From Gracilinanus agilis (lineage: Eukaryota), in assembly GCF_016433145.1 (NCBI RefSeq), contig NC_058131.1, positions 484,576,068-484,640,067 on the forward strand: a DNA stretch of 64,000 bases, written 5' to 3'. The translations under genes and the position numbers were made by a program. Positions within the stretch are counted from its first letter, which is position 1. The number at the start of each line of letters is the position of its first letter. Shown here piece after piece: positions 50,866 to 59,700 of the stretch. A model generated the notes under the pieces. That model ran no database searches. It saw nothing but the letters and a program-made list of their open reading frames with translations, and was not told the DNA's origin.

Positions 50866-51072
50866 CCTTTTTTTTTTTAAACCCTTACCTTCTGTTTTAG
50901 AATCAATACTGTGTGTTGGTTCCAAGGCAGAAGAGTAGTAAGGGCTAGGCAATGAGGGTTAAGTGACTTGCTCAGGGTCACACAGCTGGGAAGTGTCTGA
51001 ATCCAAATTTGAACCCAGGACCTCCCGTGTCTAGGCCTGGCTTTCAATCCACTGAGTCACCTAGCTGCCCCC
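50866..51072 (-). mobile_element. SINE1_Mdo-like SINE
   Basis: Full-length antisense copy with TSD TAAAATAATTT. Confidence 0.85.
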
Positions 51073-51714
51073 AATAAAATAATTTCTAACAGTAAAATAA
51101 TAAAAAAGAATGCAGTGGCAGAGCAGTGGACTTGGAATCAGGAATCAGGAACTCCTCTTCATGAGTTCAAATTCAGTCTCAGATATTTCCTGATTGTGTG
51201 ACCCTGGTCCAGTACTATCTCTGGAGTCACTTAACCAAATCCCACCCCCTTCGACCTCCAATAAAGCTTCTATCTTAGAACACTGCCAAAATTTCATTTT
51301 TGGAAGTTACAGAAAACACTTTTCCTATAGTGGTGGTGATGTGATTTAGACTAGATATGACAAAAACCATCTTGGTCAAGACAAGAAAAGGAGCTAAGGG
51401 CTTCTTGTTAAAGTTCATTATGGGCCCTCTAAAAAACACTCCAACACTGAGTTCACAAGATCTAAAACTGGAAGGACCAAGACTCTCATTCTGCAGACAA
51501 TAAAAAAGAGGCCCAGTGCAGTTAAATGGTTTGTCCTACTTTACATTGCTAGGAAGCAAAGAAGCTAGCTAGCATTTAAATCCAATTCAAATCCTCTGAC
51601 TCAAAACCATGTGCTCTTTCACTGCCTCTAAGATCCTGTAAACTGAACCAAATCATTAATAACAAAAGAAATATAAACCAAAAATAACTGAAGTTTCCCC
51701 TCACATTCAAGTCA

Positions 51715-52020
51715 CAAGATGGAAATGGTCACTGGAATAAGTGCAGAAAGTCAGGCATATTAAAACACTGTCACTGTAAATTGACCATTCTGGAAAGCAA
51801 TTTGGAGCCATGCTAAGAAATGGACAAAAATGTTCACATCCTTTGACCCAAAGTTCCCACTGCTAAGTATATACCTCAAGGACAACAATAACAAAAAGAT
51901 GGCCTATACACCAAAATATTTAAAACAGTATTTTTTGTAGTAACAGAATTGGAAACAAAGTGCACTAATTAGAGACAACTGTGATACATGGATGTAATGA
52001 AATTTTAACTTCACTGCAAG
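51715..52020 (+). mobile_element. L1 3' remnant
   Basis: TTCTGGAAAGCAATTTGGAGCCATGC...TTTGACCCAAAGTTCCCACTGCTAAGTATATACC is typical L1 ORF2 3' sequence. Confidence 0.65.
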
Positions 52021-52067
52021 AAAAGATTTAAATTAATTGATGTAAGATGAAGTAATGGGGTAGCTAG

Positions 52068-52290
52068 GCACTCAATAGGATAGAGTGCCAGATCTGGAAT
52101 CGGGAAGACTCATCTTCCTGAGTTCAAAGCTGGCATCAGACACTTACTAGCTATGTGACCCTGAGCAAGTTACTGTTTGCCTCTCTTTCCTCAACTGTAA
52201 AAGGAAATGACAAACCACTCCAGTGTCTTTGCCAAGAAAATCCCAAATGGGGTCACAAAGGGTCCAATAACAAAGTTCAAGCAGAAGTAT
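52068..52290 (+). mobile_element. MAR1-like CORE-SINE
   Basis: Head, CORE and RTE-like tail (CCACTCCAGTGTCTTTGCCAAGAAAATCCCAAATGGGGTCAC). Confidence 0.75.
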
Positions 52291-52919
52291 GAAAACCAAA
52301 AACTTTGATTCAACTAAGTGATCTTTACAAACATTATTTCATTTGGTCTTTCTAGGACCAATGGAAAAAAGAACTATTATTATCCACATTTTACAGATGA
52401 GGAAACTAAGGCAAATAGAGATCAAGTGACCTGCCCAGGGTAGAACAGCTAGGATGTATCTGAGGCTGGATTTGAATTCAGGTCTTTCGGACTCCAGACA
52501 GCATTCTATTCACTCAGCCTTCTTATTACTTTCTCATACCTGGCCCACTGCCTCTTCTATCAAAGAGGCCACGTCCCAACCAGTCAGCACGACTCTCGAT
52601 CAGGGAGAGAAAGGTTGGGGTAGAGATGGGGTGAATAATAGGATATAGGAAGGGTAGATCGCAGCGGAGGGGGGTGGGGAAGGGCGGGGGTTTCGGCTGC
52701 CCCAGTCTTCCTTCAGGGTTCCTCTTCCTCCCTCCTCGCCCCCAAATACCTGGGTTCGCAGGGAAAAGGGTGGGGACATCCAGGAGGGGCATGAAGGGCC
52801 AGAGGGCATTAGTTTGAGGAGGGGACCTGGAGACATAATTTCGGCGCAGGAAAGATTGCATAGTGGCCCGCAGGGGAACCCAAGGGCGAGGGGAGAGAGG
52901 GGCGGCTTGACCCCCTTAC

Positions 52920-53070
52920 CTCTTCCGCATCGGCCCCTCCCTCTTAGGACCCAGCCGCAGTCACTCAACCTCAGCCTGCCGAGCCCTTCCCGTCACACAG
53001 CTTAGTCGAAGGGTAATGGGAAGAGGGAAGAGAGAACCGAAAAGGGAGGGGGTCCGGCCGCACTGCATGC
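52920..53070 (-). other. VIPAS39: Probable non-coding first exon of VIPAS39 (5' boundary unknown)
   Basis: Strong donor GAG|GTAAGG at 52920/52919 inside the CpG island. The first coding exon starts with AG|ATG, so an upstream exon is required. Confidence 0.55.
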
Positions 53071-53585
53071 TGGAAGTTGTCGTTTTCTCCTCTCCTTCAC
53101 TTCTCCCCAGCTCGGCCTCAACTTGGGTCCCAGGGACTACAACGCCCAGAAACATAATTGCGTATGGCGGGTGAGCTCGGGACACTTCCTCGTTTTCCAA
53201 CGCCTTCTTCCGGCCGGACACCGAGTGGGCAGTTAAAGAAAAACTACAACTCCCAGAGAGCCTCGCGAGCAAAGCTTACTGTTTTCACTCCCATTGCTGG
53301 GAGGGGGAGGGGGTGAAAGCAGAGAGACAAGAAGAGCAATAGGTTTCTGGCGCGAAGCAGTGATTGGCCATTCTGTGATCCTTCCCTATATATTATAGCT
53401 GCTGTGGCGCTCTTCATGAGGGAAAGGGGCAGTTTAACAGGTGGGAAAGTAGGCCGGAACCCTGAGAATTAGGGGGCGCGTACCCCACGGAGAGTTGGGG
53501 CGGAAGTGCATGGTGGAAGTAGGCCGGGGAGGAGGAGAAGGAGGTGGAGGAGGAGGATCCGGAAGCTTGTGGAGGGGGAGCGGAG

Positions 53586-53623
53586 NNNNNNNNNNNNNNN
53601 NNNNNNNNNNNNNNNNNNNNNNN
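53586..53623. other. Assembly gap (38 N) in G-rich AHSA1 leader/promoter
   Basis: N run flanked by G-tracts. Confidence 0.99.
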
Positions 53624-53761
53624 CGGGGTGGGGGGGTGGGGGGAAGGTGGAAGGAAAAGCGAGCCGGGAGGCGCTACGCCCGCTTCTAGTAATTTCCAGG
53701 CGCTGCCGGCGGCTGGGGCCGGGGCCGTGCGGGAGCCTGCGGCAGCGGAATCCGAGACCAG

Positions 53762-56700
53762 ATGGCCAAGTGGGGTGAGGGTGACCCACGCTGGATCGTG
53801 GAGGAGCGAGCAGACGCCACTAACGTCAATAACTGGCACTGGTAAGCGGAGAGAAGGAGAGCCAGCCGGGATCGGGGCCGGCATTGGGGCCTGGGCTCGG
53901 GTTGGCCCCGGAGCAGAGCTTCGCATGGTGTTTCCATTTCTTGCGGAGCTAGGGGGCTGGGGACGAGAGGGAGGAAAAAGAAGAGGAGAAGGAAGGTGTC
54001 CGCTGGGCAAAGCGTGCGTCCCTGGAGAAAGTGCCCTCCTGGCCCCAGGTAAATCCCGATCCTCCTATAGAAAGCTGGGATCCGACAGCTCTGGCCCGCT
54101 TTTATCCCCTAGGGCTTGCAGGGCCGAGTTTCGGGGGACGCACGTTTTCCTCCCCGCACGTGTTGGGAAGGCGCAAACCTAAGTGTCTCGGAGAATGAGA
54201 ATGGAATCCATCGGAACGAAAACCCTGAGGAATTATGGCGAGAAGGGTGGGGGAGGTATCAACGTGGGGGGGGGGCGGGGGGGGGGGGTCCTCGGTTCTG
54301 TAGTTTCCCCCGCCCCTGCCGCACAAAAGGATCAGAAAGTCCATTGCGGAAGGAGGCGGGCTATTGCTGCTGGACAGGGCAGACTTTGGTGGTAGAAAAC
54401 TGGTCCGAATCCTTTGCTAGGTAACCAGTGGTCTCAGGGTGATACAGCTTCTTAGTTTTTGTTGTAGCTCCTTCTCCTTCCCAGGCCTAGCTCAAATGTC
54501 ATTTCCTTCAGGCTGCCTTAACTCTTCTCCACTCCCTTTGTCACCCCCTACCCCAACATACTCACACCACTCCCTCTAAAAAGAGACTTTAAATGCTATC
54601 TTCCCTCCTCTGAATTCTTTGTGTCTCTGTCCAAGTATTTACACCACTTTGTGCTTTGTTTTAGTTATTTGTGGATATGTCTTATTGAATAGGTGAGGCA
54701 GCTTTCCTTGTATTCCCACTACAGCACCTACTGCTATGTAGATGCTGAAATACTTGTTGAATGCATGCGTTTTTCATTTTATTTTTTAACTGAAGTGTGT
54801 TTATAGTCCCTCCTTTTACAGATGATGGAATGGATTTTTCCCTCTCAAATTGGCAGTTCTTTGACATGTAGGTGAGAGAAATGTACTACCTTGAAGCTCT
54901 ATGCAAGAAGCATTAGCTGTATTACCTCTATATTCTATAGTCCTTTTACTTTGAAAGCCAGTGAACAAGTTGCTTTTTTTAGAACATCCCATAGCCTCCT
55001 GCAACAGTAATATAAACTCAAATTAAAATAAAACTCATGGTGACTTTGAAAACCATAAGTTGACATTATATTATACTGTATTTTTATTTTGTTAAGTATT
55101 TCCAAATTACATTTTAATCTGGTTCAAGGTGCATTAGGGTGTGTTGTGGACTTCTGAGTTTGACACTTCTTATTAATTTATATTGAGTACAGACTAGTTC
55201 AGGCTTTGAATTAATCAATTCACTTTATTACATCCTGTAGCAATAAATTGTACTTATAATTCTAGTTAATGTAAATAGATGTTTTATAAATTCCTACCCT
55301 TGATCATGAGGGGAACCAGTGCTAGGTTATTCGTATCAGAACACATGACCTATTATAGATAATAAATAGCATCTTTGAAGATGAGAGTATTTAGTGGTAT
55401 GAGCACTTCACTTTGAATCAGGAAAGATCTGGGGTTATTGGAATCCCATGCCTTAGTATTTTTTAGCTGGGTGATTTTGATAAGTGATTTAAATTCTCTG
55501 AACCTTTGTTTATCATCTGCAAAATTGGGGTAATGTATCTACTTCAGAGTTTTTAGTATCAAATGATAATGTATGCAAATCACTTTGCAGAACTTGAAGT
55601 ACTGCATAAGTGACTTCTTATAATTTTTAAAGGATGGCACATTTTGTTCTATACAGGAACTATCAAAATATTGACCACCTCACTTCCTTCTTTTTCTTCT
55701 CCCTTCTGAAAGCAACATACAGTTATATATTTTTTGTGCATTTTTACCCTGCCATCTCTTCCACAGGATAGAGGAGTCTCACTCAGTAGGTGCTGCTCCC
55801 AACCTTGATCAAGAGCCTTTTCCAGAGTGTGGATTGATTATAAACATTTGCTGTGGAAAGAGTTCAGTGGTTATGTTTCTCCTTTTTAGGACTGAGAGGG
55901 ATGCTTCAAACTGGTCCACTGATAAGCTGAAGTCCCTGCTTCTGGCAGTCCAAGTGAAAAGTGAAGAGGGTAACTGTGAGGTGACAGAAGTGAGCAAGCT
56001 TGATGGAGAGGCATCAATCAATAATCGTAAAGGCAAACTCATCTTTTTCTATGAGTGGACTATCAAACTGAACTGGACAGGTGAGGACTTGTTAACTTTC
56101 TGGTAGGATAAATATATACACATTTCACATTGAATGATAGTGACTCCAACACCTGGCAGAGTACTCTGTGCATAGTTGCCACTTGGTAAATATTTGTTAA
56201 ATTGTCATTTGAGAGCTGTTTGTGACAAGCTAAAACCATCTTTGTGAGAAAGGAACACGTGCTGCCTTGAAGCTTTGTGCAAGGAGAATTAATCCTACAT
56301 TATAGAACCTCTTTTACTTTGTCAGTGAGTGAATAAATTTTTTGTTGTTTTTTTTAGACCATCCCTCAGATTTCCTTCAAGCAATTAAGTAATCTGCCTC
56401 TAAAATCAATATAGAACATTTCACTTATATTAATTACTCCTAGTCTCTAGGAAAAACTTTATTTCTAGTCAAGGTCTTCACTTATATACTTATATTTACT
56501 TCTATTTCTCCACCATGGTGCCATCAATATATATATATTTTTAAACCCCTTTCTGTCTTGGGATCAGCTTTAAGGCAGAAGAGCAGTAAGAGCTATCTAA
56601 GTAACTGGGGTTGACTTGCCTAGGTCACACAGCTAGGAAGTGTCTGAGGACAGATTTGAACCCAGTTCCTCCCAACTACAGGCCTGGCACTGTTATGATA

Positions 56701-59700
56701 AAAAACGATAAAGACTGATATTATAAGAGAAATTAATATTTTAATTGCCATGCTGATAGAGATAAGTCGACCACGTGCCTGTAAGAAATCTATTCAAATG
56801 GCGCCTCCCTGATTTTCTTCCAAAACCAGAAACCCATTGGATCACGGGGAATGTCCCCATGTGTCCACAGGAAGTTTGTAAGATACTTTTAAATGGCACC
56901 TCCCTGAATTCCAAACACACAGCACGCTCTACTGTGCTACCTAGCTTACTCTCCCTTAGTATTTTTCTTAAAAGATATTCATTTGTATTTATACTCTGGA
57001 ATTGGATCCCTGAGCCCTCTTTTGTGATAGCTTAGGGAAAGAACTCTAGTAGAGAAGCAACAAGGCATAATGAATATAGAGCTATCCTTGAAATCAGGAA
57101 GACCTGGTTCAAGTCTTGCCTTTGACATGCTGAGTCTTTGAATGTGGGAAAGTCACAACTTGAGTGCCTTAGGTAACTCTCTAAGCCAATTAAAGCAGAG
57201 CTGATGTAGGTTTGCTTTATTAAAAGGGAGTTTCCTCAACAGTTTCCTAATGAAATCAAAAGTCTAAATAAAATTTAATAGTTAAATGTCTCAGGTAAAA
57301 GTGGGAACACAAGAAGGTCCCTGTCCCAAGTTGGGAACCGAGCAAAATAATCCATAAAATCTCAGATCTTGTTCTCATTGATAGTAACTAGAGTTAACAG
57401 GGTCCATGGGTGGCAGAAGCCCCTGCTTCAGAAAGAAACAAAAGAGTCTGACAAAACAAAATCTTGTTGGCAGGTACGTCTAAGTCAGGAGTGAAATACA
57501 AGGGACATGTGGAGATCCCCAACTTATCAGATGAAAATGACGTCAATGAAGTGGAGGTTTGCATTTCTTGATCCTTCATCTCTCAGGCTTCCTTCTTTCC
57601 TTCATTCCTCCTTCCCTCCTTTTTTCTTTCTCCCTCCTTTCTTTCCCTCCCAACTTCCTTCCTCCCTCCCCCTCTGCTTTCCTTTCTTCCTGTTAGAATT
57701 ATTAAGATTATATAATTATATATATAATTATAACATATAATTATATATATAGCATTATATATTATATAATATAATATATAATTATAATAATTCCTGTTAG
57801 AATAATTAAGATGAATACAGAATTGGGCTATACATTCAGAACCTCTTTCTACCACATGACCATTTCTAAAGACTTATAATCAATTAAGATCTTACAAAGC
57901 TTAGGCTTAATCATATTTTAGATTCTTTTCACATCCTACCCCACTGAATTAATCTTATTCACCCAAAGACTTTTGGTTTCTAAAGCTGTCCACCATACTC
58001 TTGACAGAAAAAGACCTTTGAAGGAGTATTTCAGATAGGTCTTGTATGTGAGGCAAGGTATCGAATCCTTGTATACATGTTTCCTTAGAAAATGTGGTCT
58101 GTAACCATGTAACTGCTTAACTTCTGTATCTAGCACCAAAGGTAAGAGGGTTTTTGCTTAAGCCTCTCGGGTCTTTTACAGTCTGGTTTTCCACTCAGGT
58201 TAGTGTGAGCCTTGCCAAAGATGAGCCTGACACAACTCTGTTGGCCTTAATGAAGCAAGAAGGTGTGACAAAGATCCGAGGCGCAGTGGAAACTTATATC
58301 AGGACTCTTAAAACAGGTATGGCCTTGGGACAGTCCACTGTGTCTCTTGTTTTGTTTGGGGACTGAGAAGAACTAAGAGCCCTTTGCTCATTGGAATCCA
58401 AAGGTGGGGAAGAGTTTGGTCTGTCTCAGGCCTGATGTCTTTTTAGGGCCAGGGAGAGAGGAGATCCAGAGATGTGCCGTCCCCCCACCCCCCCATCTTA
58501 GTATGTTAGGGTAAATGAGGTGCTTCTTAATGTTTCTGGGCTGGGTGTTAGCTTAGCATCTCTGTAAATTAGTCGTGAAATTGATGGCTTTCTGGATACT
58601 TTCCATACCAGACTACATGTACTTTTGTAGAAAACTAAGCTACAAAACACTATAGGCAATTCAAATGTATTTCGTACTTAGGAACTGTGTTTGTTTAAAA
58701 CAAGTACAGTTTGACACACTACATTGTACAACCCATAGACCCCAGGAGAGATTAAAATCGAGATTAATTTTATCCTCCTTTTCAGCTATATATAAAGGGG
58801 CACTTTATGCTGCGTATCCTTATTTGCTTCTATGAAAATCATTTTAGTTATTTGGTCTGTAAATATGTTGGCTGGGTTATAAGGGATTTCAGATTCCTGT
58901 ATTTGCAATTGATGTCTGTTCAGATAATTTTTCTGTTCTTTAAAGGATTAGTTCCTTCTATAGTATCTTAACCTGCCAGGAAGTAACCCTGTGGCTGTGA
59001 TTTTGTTGTTACAGAATTCACGCAGGGCATGATCTTACCTACTCTGAATGGCGAGGTGGTAGATCCAGCACCCCAGCTGCCAGCAAAAGTTGAGGAGTCC
59101 AAAGTAAGTGGCACTTTCACTATATGGTAACACTAGAGAGCAAGCCATTGGAATAAAGGGTATTAAGAATTGGGCAGCTGGGTGGCTCAGTGGTTTGAGA
59201 GCCAGGCCTAGAGATGGGAGGGCCTAGGTCAGTGTTGGCAAAGGCATGGCACATGTGCAGAGCCCCCAAGGGGAGCTGCTCCCTTCTCCATCTTCCCAGC
59301 ACCTGAGGACATTTTTTTTTGCATGCCCCACCCCTCTGTCTAGCCACCCAAAGCCAGCACTTCCTTCCTTCTCGCTCTCAGGTAATATTGGGGGGAGGCG
59401 GGGTGCAGCTCACAGGCAGCTTGAAGTTGTAGTTTGGGCACTTGAACTTGAAAACCTTCAGACACTTCTTAGCTGTGTGACCCTGACCACTTAGCCTCCA
59501 TTGCCTAGCCTTTACCATTCTTCTGTTTTGGAACCAATACTTAATATTGATTCTAAGGTGGAAAGTAAGGGTTTAAAAAATGAAAAAAAAAAAAAAAGAA
59601 TTAGGCAGCTACTTGGCTCCCTCTAAAAGGAAGACTTGTATCTTAAATGAATAAAAATAAACATATAGGTATGTTGTCTCTCTTTTCCCCTTCGCTGCAA

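Larger units (their letters stand above)
52640..54350. promoter_or_regulatory. CpG island / bidirectional promoter of VIPAS39 and AHSA1
   Basis: High GC and CpG density. ZNF143-type motifs at 53065-53083 (-), 53136-53151 and 53243-53262; CTCGCGAG at 53262-53269; ATTGG at 53363; TATATATTATA at 53387; CGGAAGTG at 53501. Confidence 0.85.

Noticed and set aside
53414-54424. Several 64-212 aa ORFs around the AHSA1 start
   Set aside because: GC-rich CpG-island shadow ORFs, some running through the N gap; only the AHSA1 exon 1 frame is supported.
57538-57545. Perfect CRE TGACGTCA
   Set aside because: Lies in AHSA1 coding exon 3 (N-D-V-N codons) and is explained by coding sequence.
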